DNA from: Antedon mediterranea
Taxonomy: Eukaryota; Animalia; Echinodermata
Direction of reading: 5' to 3'
Assembly: GCF_964355755.1 (NCBI RefSeq)
Contig: NC_092671.1
Coordinates: forward strand, 16,616,001-16,680,000
DNA length: 64,000 bases
Position numbers and translations under genes: made by a program. The notes beneath the pieces were generated by a model that was given only the letters and a program-made list of their open reading frames with translations, was not told the DNA's origin and did no database searches. Position 1 is the stretch's first letter. Each line of letters begins with the position of its first letter. Below, in pieces: positions 13,304 through 28,000 of this stretch.

Positions 13304-16300
13304 ATGGCATCCTTTGAGAATACAAGAAAAAGGTCATCAAGTTTAGGATGCATTCAGAAGCAGCCACTGAAACGTGTAGAACATGCTGTGATGAAATTCA
13401 CTAAAATCATTGTTCCAGCTGATTTAGAACGTTTAAACCAGCACAAAGTGAATATTGAAAGGGTAAGTAGTAGTGCTTCAAAGCAAAACTAATGAACCAT
13501 TTAATTGTACACACAGCATTTTATATTACTCAGTAGACAGTATCCTTTAAACTCAATCATACTATCTTAAGCTCTGTCTACACTATCAAATTTTTTGTGA
13601 CAAAAAAAGTGTGATGTGCAGTGCCAAGATATGGACATGATGATACCATATAACTACCATATTTGGGAATTTCAGTACCATATTTTGGCACATTACACTT
13701 TTTCTTTGTCAAACTAGTTTTTTAGTGTAGATAGAGCTTTAGAGAAGGACTCCGTAAGTTAAAATATGATTTTAATTACGAATGTTATACTTCTTTTTTC
13801 CAGTATCAACAGCAACTTGATTGGGACAAAGTTAACAATGAACAAATAAATGCCAGCCGAACAGTACAGGTAATATCAATGGATATTCTACATTGTGCAG
13901 GTGAAAATGAACATCAAAGTTTGATATTTGAGGTTTAAAAAATCATTTTTTTTTTTTCAATGAACCAGCAACTCAAGTCCAACATTAAGGAGATGCAGAA
14001 ACTGCGTAATCAAATAAGTGAATCAGACCTGGAGGAATTTGACCAACGTGTACAACCCACACAAATACAAGCTATTGAAGCTGTCATCAATTTCATGGGT
14101 GAAAATGAAGAGCTAGAGTGTTTATTTAAGGAAAGTGAGGGAGACAAATTTGGTGTTTTCGGTCAAGAAGAAAGCAGTACCAGGCTAAGATTGAGTATTG
14201 AAGGTAAGTTTAGTGGTGGATCTATGATTTATGACCTTTTGTTGCAAACATGATAGGTTGTCAGTGGCGTAACGGCTATGAACGCTTACTGGCTAAACCC
14301 AGGGGCTCCGGACATTAGGCATTTCTCTCCCTTAGCAGAATCAGTCCATTTCACCCGGGTTTTTGAAAAAATCCGGGTAATAAATCTTGGTCTGTTTTAA
14401 ACAATTTACCAGTTCTGATTGTTTATCTTGACACACATGGGAGGCCACTACAGAAATTGCTGAAAACCATGTAGGAATTTTCATGAGCTGTCCAGGTGAC
14501 CTTGTTGTAAATGACCTAATAGTACCCTTGGGTTGTATTTGATGGGCAGTTAATATAATCAAATTACAATTGTGTGTTTTATGGGCTTACACTCTTGACA
14601 AGCCTGTGGACCATTTCTGTTAAGGGAGAGTTTTGCCTCATGGAGCTTACAGGGGCCTCTGAGCAGCACCCACAGGAAAAGACAGACATTAAGATACGTT
14701 GAAAAAGGCTAAAATGTCCGAGGCCTCAAAAGTGGGAGGGCCACTTGGGGGTCCTTAAACCAGGGGCTTCAGGCCTCTGTGTTACGCCACTGTAGGTTGT
14801 TGAACCTCAATCAGAAGCAGTTCAATGAGAAGAGTATCGGAACAAAATTGTAAGAGGCTTGTGAATACTAATATTCTATTATTTGTGTTAGCAGAGAATG
14901 TAGATAGCTATGAAAATAGTGTTGCAGAAACACGATTTACAACACAGGCACAAGAGGAGAAGAAAGAAGGAAAAGAGGCATCACAAGAATCTTGGAAACA
15001 TTTACAACAAGGCCTGATGGAACTTAACTCTGCCATACAAGACTTTGCTTTGATGGTTAAGGTACATTTGGAAATTGGTGTTACCACTAAAATACATTAA
15101 AAACATGAAATAATATATTCCAAATTCAATTCCATGACCTTTTTCAAATGTCTGTTGATATAAAGTTTGTAGTACACAACGTTTGTAGTTCTAAAAAGAA
15201 GTGTTTGAGTTTCTTGCTGTTTTGATCAATATGCTTCGATTATCCTCCCATATTGAGTTTTGCCTTACAAACTTTCAAATGTCAATACTAAAATTAAGGT
15301 TAAAATTAAATGCTATATAAAATAAATTGACGTTTGTAAAGAAGTAGATTAATTAGTTATTTCAATTTTAGGGTCAGAAAGAACAAGTTTCAAGTATAGA
15401 AGACCACATTGACAGCGCACAAGCCAATGTTAAAAAAGGAGCCATGCACCTGCTAAAGGTTAGTAGGAAGAAAGATTTAAGAGGCAATTTCAGGTGGATG
15501 TTTATACAACATGCTAATTCAACACATTTCTCGGTTAGGGTGTAGTATAAACGGCACAGAAAAAGAAAGAGATTACATGAAATTATAAAACCACCTGGAA
15601 AGGCTACTCGAGGACTGGCAAAATTTGACCAGTTGGAGAGCTGAAGTAGCCTTTTTATGTAGCCTCAGGGGATAAGTTGCCCTCTGTATGTAATAGAGTA
15701 CATAGCAGCAGATGTTTGGCTGTAACTTACCTTCCTGTTAAAATTCATGTATGAACGGCTTAGTTTTAGGAGATTAAACTTGGTCTGTGAAAACGTGAAT
15801 GCATAGAAAGCATGTAAAGTAAGAAGGATGTTGTATAAACACAGCCTTAGACCAGAGTTGGATGTGGTTTATAACATGCATTTGTTCCTGGATTTAAAAG
15901 GAAGAAAATCAATGTATGTTTTTGTTGGACTATGAAATAATGAGGAAATGCTTATTTAGTTTTTGGCTCGGGTATCTAATTCAAGCGATAGCCTTGTAAA
16001 ATTATGATCAATATTTTTATGCTTTCTTCCTTATAATACAGGAAATGGAATGAGCTATTACCATATAAAACTTATTTTCAATGTACTTATTACAATAATG
16101 GACATAACCTGATGGGCAGAATACTAAACAAATTGTAAATAGATTCAAGTACATTTATATTACGAAAATGTAACCAAAGCCAATTATAAGTTTAAATCAA
16201 ATCAACTGGACTTTTTCCTTTACAGGCAACCAGATTTAAAACAGCAATATTACCATTAAGCGGGGCCATTGTTGGTGGTTTGGTTGGTGGACCTATTGGA

Positions 16301-16459
16301 CTGTACGCTGGCGCAAAAATAGGTCTGCTAGCAACCGGTGGTGGCGCTCTTGTAGGGTACGCAGGAGGACGTGTTTTAAAAACGAATATCAACAAAGCCA
16401 ATGACATAGAAATGGTAGATATGGAAGAGCGACAAGCACTTAATTCTCACTTAGATTAA
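13304..16459 (+). CDS. STX17: Syntaxin-17 (autophagosomal Qa-SNARE), 6 coding exons
   Basis: Exons 13304-13462, 13804-13869, 13969-14203, 14892/14895-15061, 15372-15458 and 16226-16459. Motifs: DLERLNQHKVNIER, EQINASRTVQQLKSN, SNARE motif QKEQVSSIEDHIDSA, and the Gly-zipper double TM hairpin LPLSGAIVGGLVGGPIGLYAGAKIG...GALVGYAGG. Confidence 0.92.
13570..13738. mobile_element. PIF/Harbinger-like MITE in an STX17 intron
   Basis: TIRs AGCTCTGTCTACACTA / TAGTGTAGATAGAGCT, with TTA on both sides. An internally deleted relative lies at 58957-59053. Confidence 0.8.
14262..14792. mobile_element. hAT-type MITE in an STX17 intron
   Basis: Perfect 12-bp TIR CAGTGGCGTAAC / GTTACGCCACTG; exact 8-bp TSD TAGGTTGT (14254-14261 and 14793-14800). 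Confidence 0.9.
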
Positions 16460-19005
16460 GTCATTTATAATAAATAGCAAGGGTTACAGTATTATAACGA
16501 CCAAAAGGTTTTTTTTTGTAGTGAACTAACATTGAAAACAGAACTCACCCACTCCACTAAATGAATATGTATGCCATCAACAAAATATGATTTAATATAG
16601 TGTATCCTTGCCATTTCATTGGTTGATTTCGTATCACGTGTCATGCATTATCTCCCATTAAAACGATTGGGTGGGTTCTATTACACAGACAGCTTTTAAA
16701 TTGTTAGGCCTGAATTTTGTATGGCCTAGCCTTCGAAAATTCAAATGGAAGTGGCCGATTGAGAGAAGTCAAATACTTATGGTTACAAAACATTAAGTTA
16801 AAAAAGTTTTCAAAATTTAAGGTCTACAAAAAAGCATAGAGAATATGCATTTTCTGATATTTCTACTATAGGTAGACAATTTCTTTTTTCTTAAATGTTT
16901 TCAAAATGTTTTAATTTGTATTCGTAAGTTTTATAACATTCAATGGGAATATTAAACTATATTGTAAATAAAGCATATTGTGTAATATTTTGACCTTGAA
17001 TTGAACTTACCTTACCATAGCTGGATAGAACCTAAAAATATCCTTTAAGACAAAACTCATAAAATAGAAGATATGTTCAGAGAGTATAGAGAAAAATATT
17101 CAATCTGTGATGTCCTGTTTTCCAAACTCTCTTAAGCTACACACACACAAGTAATGCAAGTTACTATGCGAAACTTTTTCATTTCTATACTTTCCGACAT
17201 GACAGAAACTAATAAATATCTCTCAGTTGCACAGCGCTGGTTCTCATAACTTTCCGACACACATGCAGCTTCTCTTTTTTTCTTATTTGCTTATATTTGA
17301 TATATTCAGTTAAAATATCTGAATAAATCGCTTTTTAAAACACTTGGAAAAAGAACATTCATTCATGGAATACAACAATTAACACACATATAGATTAGAA
17401 GATGGATTAGATTTATTCTGTTGATTTCAATCAATTTGTATTTCAAACATGATCATTGAGTTTCATAGTTTGTGAACCAAATGCATAATGGAAACTGTAT
17501 TGCTATCTGTCTATAAAAGAACTTTGATGATTTTTTTTTTTGCGCAATTGATTTTATTAAACTAATTCTTTGTCCTATACGCTGTAAATCTTTGTTCTCA
17601 CTTAGATGCCACGCAACGACGTAGGAAAAACGCAAAAGTAGGTTGACCAATGTCAAGTGACAGAATGATCGATTCACATCATGATTGGTCAAATTTGTTG
17701 CCGTGTGAATTGTAAAAAGACAAAATATAGAAAGTTTGTTTCAAATGGATATTTGAAATTGTACTATAAAATTATAAAAACAGATTTAATTATCTTGGTG
17801 GTGTACACAATGAAATAGGATTGTTGAGACCCCATACGATTGAAAAATGTGTAAAACTTAGCTCAAGAAGTGAGAGACAGAATACGATTTGACTCCATGC
17901 CTATGTGAGAGCCGCAATGTGTAAACCGATGACCAACTATAAACATAACAGAAACACATTCATTAAAGCAGCATTGTCAAAATTTGAAATTCAAATTTAA
18001 AGTCTAGTTTGAAAATAAATATCAAAGTAATAAATGAAAAAGGCAAAACATAACAATAGAAAACAAATAAATCTGTATCTGATAAATTAACTATTTTACA
18101 CAAATTTATTCCTAGATATATTTAAATTTTGTATACAAAATAAACTAAATTGCATTACTCTCTGATTAGGTCAGGTAGACAATTGTCACAAGACCAAATA
18201 ATTGTTCAATTTTTAAGACTATTTTTTAAAGATTAGTTTTTAGTGACAAAATGAGCATTTACAGATACGTGAAGATTTTGTAAATCATCTGCATTATGAT
18301 AGGCATTGAACTGAAGAAGTGCTTTGCATAGCGTACTTTTCTATAACACAACCAGAATTTCCAAATACAGCGTTAATAATTCAGTAATGTTGTTACTTTT
18401 CTATACAACCTTACCCAGACTGAATCGTTGAACATCACACACAATGTAAAGTTATAGATACGCATTATGTACATATTCAAATAAATATTCATCAGTAAAG
18501 ACTTTACCAAAGTTGGGTCATAATATTGCATCCAATATTTCTCTAGTGTTGTACTGTATAACAAAAACAAATGTTGTGAGTAAGGTATTGGCAGGTTTTA
18601 TTGTTGTATGTTTGGAATCGGAATTAGTCTTGATCAATATAGCCTTCTATCTAGCAAAATTTAGTAAATGAGCCTAAACATGCACGGTTCATTTACGCAT
18701 GCAAATGTCCCCATTTAGAGTTAAGGTGGGTTTATATTTTATAATTATAGTAAAAGAAATCAAATGTTGTAGTGAGAAAAAAATCAGTACCTTGTCTGGA
18801 TTTAAACTAAAGACGTTTTTATTAAACAAATTAAACGGCAAAGAAATTTTAAAGCGCAAGGAATTACAATTAAATCTAGTTAAAAAGTAGAAAACTTTAC
18901 TTTCACCAATGTTGGCAATACAAATTAAAAACAAATTCAATAAGAAAAAAACATGTATATCTACACATGATATTGCGTGTAAACTATGCATAAAACGGTA
19001 TCTAC

Positions 19006-22000
19006 TCAAAGCTCATCGCGAGCCATAGAGTATCGCTGAGAACTTGGTTTTAATTTTACAAAAGTACTTTCAGGAGGAGTTTCGGGTGCGTCACGTTTGA
19101 CAACATTATCAACAGGGGCAGTATCGGTCTTTCCTTTTGTTGGCGGTTGCGTCTGCGTTGTCTGATCTGGTCCGTGGTGAAATTCACGATGTAGTTTTCC
19201 TGAATGCAGATCTTTTATAAACTGTCGTAATTTTCCGGGTTCACTGAGATTAAGAAAAAAAAATTAAATTATTTTTAATTTAAACAATGGTCTTAAAATT
19301 AAAAATGGACCTGAAGTACTGTAAAAAAGATTATACTGTATAGATTAAATAATTTCAATATTATATGCCTAAATATATATCACTGAAAGTATGTTATAAC
19401 GATGCCGTACGTTTGCTGCTGAAGCAGCCTAGAAATTGTAGTGCATGTTTGTCTTAAATGACGTCCCATCCTTTGATGAGTTCATTAGAAAATCTGTTTT
19501 TAGTTTTAAAAATCATGTGAACGCAAGTAGTAATTCTTTGATCATGGCCATTAATCGCCATGCTCTTAATGTGTCAAGAATGCACATACAATGGATTGCC
19601 TTGTTGCATTGACTTTATATATTTATATAGTTTTATTTTTGTTTTATGAGCTCTTAGATTAAGATTTGTTTTTTCTCTTTTGCTATGGATATATTATGTC
19701 ACCATGATATTCTGAAATAAAAAGATGAATGAATGAATATGGCACTGGAATGCATCATGTACAACACAGAGACCATTAATACAGTACAGTATAATAAACA
19801 TTAGTAAAGAAGACGATTGTACCAAAACAACCAAAACATTAAGATATTCTTAACCATACTTGTGCCGAAGTGTGTTGTCCGATCGTTTACTGATCGTAAG
19901 ATCCTGGTTCACTTTACTTACATTTGTCTGTCTCCACCCAGGTGTATAAAATGGGTTAGATCAAGACACAACTTTGCGTTGATTACTGGCTGCATTATTA
20001 TGGGAGTATGTTTCCATACGTGTATGATTAAAAAAATGACAGAGGTAATAATGTGCAGCGCATTGAGAGCTTGCTTATAATATGTGCTATATAAGAATGA
20101 ACTATTATTATTGTACTTTATTTCCTTTAGGCAACACATGGTGTACCACAAACCTAACTTTTATAACTGTTGTGTTGTATGGTATTCTCCAGTTTTTAGC
20201 CAACTCACTGATAATTATATGTAATATTACACACAAAAAACAAAAACATAACACTACTCACTTCATTACTTTAATATTTGGGAATAGATACATATGTCTA
20301 AAACTATCAATGGCTAACACTGGTAGATCCTTTGTGCTTTTACCAAGGTGAGATAGAGGATGGCTAAATTTGGTTCCATCTGCTGTTAAGAAATTCACAC
20401 TTTCTGTAAAGACAACAAAATCCAGTATAATATATTATTAAAGATATGGCCATACAGCGTTAAAACACTGGTTCTTGTCAGATCACCAAAGTTAAGCAAT
20501 GTTGGGCCAGGTTGCATTCTTGATGAGACTGTATCCTTAGGCAAGATGCTTTAATCTCATTACCTCGTCCTTCGGATAGGACGTACAGCTATTGGTCCCG
20601 TGTACATAATGAACGTTAAAGAACTTGGTACACTATACAGTCAACTCTCCCAATACTGGACACCCTTGGGCGGGCATATATTTTCCGGTTTTTCGAAAGT
20701 CCGGTTTCCTGAAAACATATTTTTAAAGTTATCACGTTGTCACTGAAATTGCTTTGAATCACCGGTCCGAATGCTGCCCGGTACGGTCTAGCGTAGGGAA
20801 GGCCTAGGCTATGATTGTGTCAAGCTAGTTTTAATTAAATAAATACTGATAGGCCTAGGCCTACTTTATTAATATTAAGCTAATTCAATTTACCTTTTTT
20901 AAAAGTTACATTATTTACTGTACCAATAAAACATGTTAATGATGCACATTTTTAGTGAAACATTCCTTTTTAAAGTCCTATTGCAATTGTGAATTTAACA
21001 ATAATTTAAACAAAACAAAGACACAGAGTGGAATGTAAATTGAACTTTATTAAAAAACAATTCATATGCTAAAAGACAGGGAGTTGTTAACAATATATGC
21101 TAAAAACAATAGACATTAAGACATAGCGCTTCGATGTGAAAAAGTCCTAGCCCCCACCGCAGTTCGATACGCAACAAAGCAATTGCCGCCTTGTGGGTTA
21201 AAAATGAACTGACCTGTCAATCACAGTGTAGCGCTCCATGGCAACATTATTTGATCGTACCGCCGCGAAACGTCGCGCAATTCATGCATGGTCAGGGCAG
21301 GGAGTTGTTATTAACAACTCCCTGGTCAGGGTATGGTTAAAAGATTTTGTACATTGTGAATGTATTGAATCCGAGTCAGCGACGACTATGTTACGTTGTT
21401 TTCGTAAATATTTGGAGTTTTTTAACTGTCAGTCCGGTTTTCAGACGCTAATTTTCGTGTTTTGTACTTCATAATTTGTCCGGATTCCTGAATTGGGTAT
21501 TCCGGTTTTCATAATAAATTACAGTACATTTAGAATAGGGACAAATTGGGCCCTCCAAAAAAGTCCAGTTTTTCGTCAATTCTGGTTTTGGGAGAGTTGA
21601 CTGTACACTGTATACTATTATTTGCAGGTGAGCATCTTTCAAGCTTATTTCAAGCAAGGCAATCTAACAACAGGACACTGAGCTCTTGTCAAGATAGGAA
21701 CTCGTAATAATCCTTTGATCTTATCGCCCGTATTCTTAAACCGGACTTTAGTCGTAGTTCGAGCTAAAACTAAAAAAATGACGTCATTTTAATTCATAAA
21801 CCGAACTTCAACTAAATCACCGACTAAATCAGGCCAACCTCGACTAAATCGTAACGGATTTTGATCGATTTTTTTAGTCCTGGAGGGGGCAGGCTAAATG
21901 GTCGACTAAATGGTTTTTAAACGATGTTTATAAAAAACGTAACAGTCATTGAGTTGTTATATTGGCCAGATATTGAAGAATGAAATATCTATATTTATAT

Positions 22001-25000
22001 TAGCTTAATTAAATATACATTGGTATAAGTTATAATAATGAAAATCATCTTTATTTACAACTGTATACAAATTACATTATTTTCTTCGCGCAAGTCCGAC
22101 TTGAGCTACGTCACGCCATAGCGACAATGGGAGATGCGGCAATCCACCACGCGATGGAATGTTTAGGGGGCCTAGTGCTTTCTTGTCACGCTATGAAGTG
22201 CGTGGTTCGTGGCGATCATACTTTGTTGGGGGCCTAGAAAATATAAAAGTTACCGTACCGCCATGGTTCCTAAATATATTTTGAAGATTTTATTTGTTGT
22301 TAATCAAATATACTTCACTGTTAGTCTGGCTGCGACAAATACTTACAGCACTGTACTATGTACATATTCCCTACGGTAAGGTGTGTAATAAAAAATCAGT
22401 AAAAAAGTTGAGTGGGATTGTGTAGCAGCAGCCACAGATAAATGCTTTATCTTCAGAGCTCAGCATCCTGTTAGATTGCATTATTTCAAGTTATATAGCT
22501 ATGTTACTTACCTCTTTCAGGAACAAGTTCCCTAGCTACTATATCATTATATTTCTGTACAATATCTGCATCATTTGGATCGTGGAATAAAATAAGGAAA
22601 GGCAATCCTTCTTCTGTCAATTCCTAGAAAACATTAAAATTGTAATATATAACAATTCATATACTGTACTGATAAAAACATAATACACAGAATATACACA
22701 ACATTTGGATGATGATTACATTAAACTCTTGGAATAGCTTGAGAATCTTTGTTTAAAAATAGATTTTTCTTAGGTCTTGTGAATTTGTTATTAGGGACTT
22801 TTAGATTTTCACGTCGACTGCTACCTTATGATTAATTTGTAGGTGACTGGCACGTTGACTTGGCAAATTTGAGCACTTTGCCATTTGCTCTCTGATGTGA
22901 GTACGAGTGGACGTATGACGTCATAACACTGCAAAATCACTCAAATCTAAAAGTCCCTATTATAGTATATTATTATTACGAAAACTGGACTCGATGAAAA
23001 AACAATTTTTAATCACTGCATATTTAAGGACTCATTTTTAGAATTAAGTACTGTACCTCTCCATTTTCAAAAGTTATTTCTCTGACTAAAGGCATACACT
23101 TGTCATTACTCCAAGTATGTAAAAGGTCGAAGTTCGTCAATGGGCCAAGATACAGCATATCTCTATCTTTTGTCTGTATAAAAAAAAAAACACTAAATTT
23201 TAAAGAATATTGTACACTCTATCAACCAATGTGTTCTTAAAAATGTCAAAAAGGAGATGGCTATTAATAGTGATACATTAATTCCCTTTGTTAATATGAG
23301 TAAATTATTTTTTCTTGGGTTGATGCAAAGAATATATATCACAAAAATGAGTATTCCGCGGTTTTTGCATGAGAAATTTGTAACAGAGAGTGATGCCGCC
23401 CTCATAAGGGCGGATGTATACACACTAAATAAGACTTGATGTAATAGATATTATACATTAAATAGAATTATGAAAATATATTTTGCAATTGTAAACCATT
23501 TTATAATACATATTTATTAACAAACAAGTGTACATTCACTTCTACAGACAATTATTTACTAACATGCTAAATTAGTTCACAAAAAAGGCCTAACAGCAAC
23601 ACCAAAAATCAACGAAGCGTTACTCAGCATGGCCTATTCTTTACCATTGCCGCGTACTAATCTATGCCCGGTAAATTAAGTATTGTTTTTATGATATAAT
23701 TTATTATAAAATACATGTTATTAATAGGATACAATGTTAGCTATCGGTAGCGCCCGGTTGATAAAGCGAACTGTTTATTCGGCAGTTTTTACTAAATAAA
23801 TTGCATGAAACGAACAATTAAATATCCAAACAGCATTTAACATGATGTTGGCATGTACAGTAGGTGATAACATTTTTTATCATGAAAATACTACCGGTGT
23901 TCCAGCCTTTGATTAGTGTAACCGTCACAAAAAGTTGTATACATCCCACATACATCCTCACTTATGGCGGCGCCCTACCACATGGACAATATTACTGTTA
24001 CAGGGAAAATCGCGGATTACTCATTCTTGTGATATATATTCGTTGGTTGATGTTATAATGTAGTATGCTGGCAACAATGTTTTTACTTTTATTTTGTTGG
24101 AGCACTTTTTTACGGTCATTGTATGTTTTGTTTTGTGGTTTACTGGGGCCACAAGTAAAGATAAGTCAGATCTACAACATGTTGTTAAGTACGCATCAAG
24201 TATCACTGGAATTGAGCAGAGCTCTATTGAATCCGTTTTTGAAAATCGATGAATTAAGAAAACACATTTTATATTGCAAGATTCTACTCATCCCATGCAT
24301 AATGTATTGATGTGCTACGTAGCGGTAGACTTTACTGGTCCATCATCTCTTGAATGTACAAATAGGTTTCGTAACAGCTTTTTATCCACTGAATGCTTGT
24401 CAGTATGCCGTACAAGAGTGATGCGACACTTTTAATTGTTTTTGTTAGTTTTTCATTTATCTGTTTTTTAATATCTCAGAGCAAACATAATTTCTATGTA
24501 TATTTCATATGCAAATGACAATAAATGGAAGTAATTTTCCACTGATGAATGAATGTATTATACAATAAGGACATGTTTTCAGTACTTACCCTTGGTGGCC
24601 TAAACATAACACTAGGTCCTGCAACAAGCTCAGATTTGAAGTTGTCACTGTTTTTAAAATAAATAAAATTGTATTAAATAAAGTATTTCATTTATTCAAT
24701 AATTGTTTGGTTTCTGTAGTCATCCTTTTGGTATATTTGGGAGAAACTTACATTAGGTTATTTTTTGTATCACAGTGATCCATTGCATGGCCGAATAAAA
24801 GTTCTATTTTACCCATAGATAATAAAGTAGTAGAACGTCAACTGTATACAGGAAGTGACTCCAATAAGCGAGGAGGGCCCACTCAAGATGGCCGCAATAG
24901 TTTAAATATTATGTCAAATTTTAAAATAATCTAAAATGATATATAACCATAGTGAACTTTTTATAAAAATAATTATATTGTTAGAAATGAATAAATCACT

Positions 25001-28000
25001 GGTGGTAAATTATCTAGCATTTTTGCATACAAGGATCGTTCCTAATAGTTAATATGTTCTCGTGTTAAAATACACTCTACACTCATGAGTAGTGCATGAC
25101 TGCGTATGGCGGGTACCTAGCGTATTGCATGGTGGATCGCAGCAGCCATATTGTGTGGTTCCCCCTCCATGAAGAATCACTTAGATAACATTGGAGAAAC
25201 TGATTTTACCCAATTTGTAAGTATTTCATTCATGTAAATTCACAATTTAAGTGAAAGATACATACAATATTTCATAAACTTTTCTCTTTTAATACAATGA
25301 TGGTACTTACCCTACTCCTGCATAAAAGTTACAGTCGTCTCTTAGTATATTTGCTACTTTTGCAAAGGTTTCATAATTATTATCCTGTGTAGCAAAGTAT
25401 GCTATCACTGAACGTTTTTTATCCTATAAAAGACAAAAAGAAATTAATCATAAAATATTAGTAAATTAAAAATTACATAAAACATTTTTAAACTAGAACT
25501 CAGTGAGTGCAAACCTCTGTCTCATACAGCTATGTGAAATCATCCTTTAAAATCTTATGAAAATCGGACAATAACTTTTTGAGTAATCCTGCTAACTAAC
25601 AATATGCAAACAAACACACATGCATGAAAATATAACCTCTTTGGCGAAGGTAATTATAAACAATTATTAAATTATCTAATAAATAAGTTATACAAACAAA
25701 ATTTTATTTTATATTCTTTGATTTAAATTACTTTAATTTATTTTGATTTTCATAACAGAGACTGATGACAATTTATAGATTAGCTATACAGAATAAATTA
25801 TATAAATTATTTTCCTGCTAGAACATGTAAAAATTAATATTCATATAAACAATATTAAATATTCAGTTAAGATTCTAAGAATTGCCATCACCGATATTTA
25901 CAAAGCACTCTATTCTGCCTTTTGTTTTTTCATTTGAATTTGGAGTTTATATTCATGTGTACAAATATTGCTATAATAAACAATACCACAATGTTATGAT
26001 ACTTCCTGTACCACTACTGGGAAAATAGCCTACTATTAGTAGTATTTTTATTTATTTTTATTTATTTCAACAATATTTTATGAGGGTGGTCCATCCAGCA
26101 TCAGCTGATCATTAGGGACCCTCAAACAGAAACTGTATGGGAATATAGTTCTGCTTTTGTTCAATAGACAAAGTCCCATATGTTTCATTGTTTTGCCTTT
26201 TCAATTGTTTTTAACTTACTGTATTGGGAAAATTTTAGACTATACTGAATGTAAACCTTGAACACAGATAAGATAGGATTTAAACTGCAAATGCACACAC
26301 AAAATCTGCAAATCTGTACTAACATATGTTTTATAGTGTTCCTTTCATTCATACACACAAATTAGTACTGTACCACATGTTGTATACAGTATTATTCACA
26401 AGTTTATATGTAAATAGCAGTTAAAGTCTTTTTCACAATACATAATCTCAATATGTTACATACTTACTATTCAACACAAGGTAATTATCTTAGTAATAAA
26501 GTAATTAACATTATCGCATTGTTTGTTACCTACACTAGCTTTTGTTCCATAAATCTGATTTAAAAATGCACATTATATACTGTACATAAATTGTATAATA
26601 ATAATACTAAAATTGTACTGTATAACTATAATATAATATGTTAATAATATTCGACCTATTTAGCTCAAACATTGCATAATATTAATTCACAGGTTTACAG
26701 TATGAGTATGGTGATGCTTTAATTTAACCTTATTGTGGATATTATTATAGCATCTTGAACTGTACTAATCACCTCTTAACTGGTCATTATTAATGCATCT
26801 AATGTCCCTGTATATGAGCATAATTTACTACACTTTGAAAACCGCAAAATATTTTTCGGAATGTACTTTGGTACTATTCTGGGTTTCACACATGTATATA
26901 CATGTCAATAAAATTATTTGAATAACAAGGATAGTTTTAAAAACTGTAGGCCTACAATAAAAATATAAATAAGCATTCATTCAATTAAAGTTAATCCATA
27001 ATTTAAAATAACCAATTCCAAAATATTTATCATTAAATTATAAAGCCAAAATGATGATTATGAATAATTTATATTTGAAAAATTGTATGAAAATATAGAT
27101 ATGTCCATCCCCTTTTTTTTTACAAAAGAATTGATTTTTGACAACTTACATCAATATTATCAATATCAGCTGGGGTGTTCCACCTAGCGATTGGATCCAT
27201 CATTTGCTCTCTAACAAATTTAACAAACGCATCCTTTGAACGCTGCGCACGGTATTCACGCTTGGCGATGCGTCCGTTGCGGAATAATTTCAAGGTAGGG
27301 TATTTTGTTATATGGTACTTTGATGCAATGTCGCCTAAAAGAACAAACAAATAAATTAGTTTAAGAAAATCTTTGCCGTTTTACCAAAATATATAGTATG
27401 TGATTTTAGTTTAAATATTTGTTTTTACTTTGTTTTTATTTTCTTAAAATTTTACATATGGTGAACATCAATTTATTTAAAATGAAAAAAAAAAACAGGC
27501 AGAGTGTTGACAGAGCTTGATACAGAAGTCAACTTGCATTTTGGGATATTTGTAAATCAACAAGTTCATTATAGTTTATACTGTACGGGACAGAAAAGTG
27601 CCTTTTTAATTCATCACACTTCCATTATAAACAACATCCAGTAGAAAGTCATTATAATACAATGATTCACACAAATATGACAGTTATGATGTTATTTTTA
27701 AAGCTGCACTTAATTAATATCTAGGATATTAATATTACCTTCACTTTCGCTATTCACTGATGCTAATACTACATCTCCTGGCTTGTCATACTGTTGTTTT
27801 AATTCTACTGCAGCCGACTCAAATATAGGCTTCAACATTTGACTAAATCTGCACCTAAAAACGATAAGATAACAAATAATAACCATAACAATGTCCCGGG
27901 GCAATTAAAAAATCATATTTATTTATTCATTCAAGGATGGCAACTGTACTACAGCAGTAGTACAAAAATATAAGAGGATATTTATAAAAGTTAAAATACT

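Noticed and set aside
20443-20520. Functional 5S rRNA gene
   Set aside because: Truncated, diverged and fused to a SINE body.
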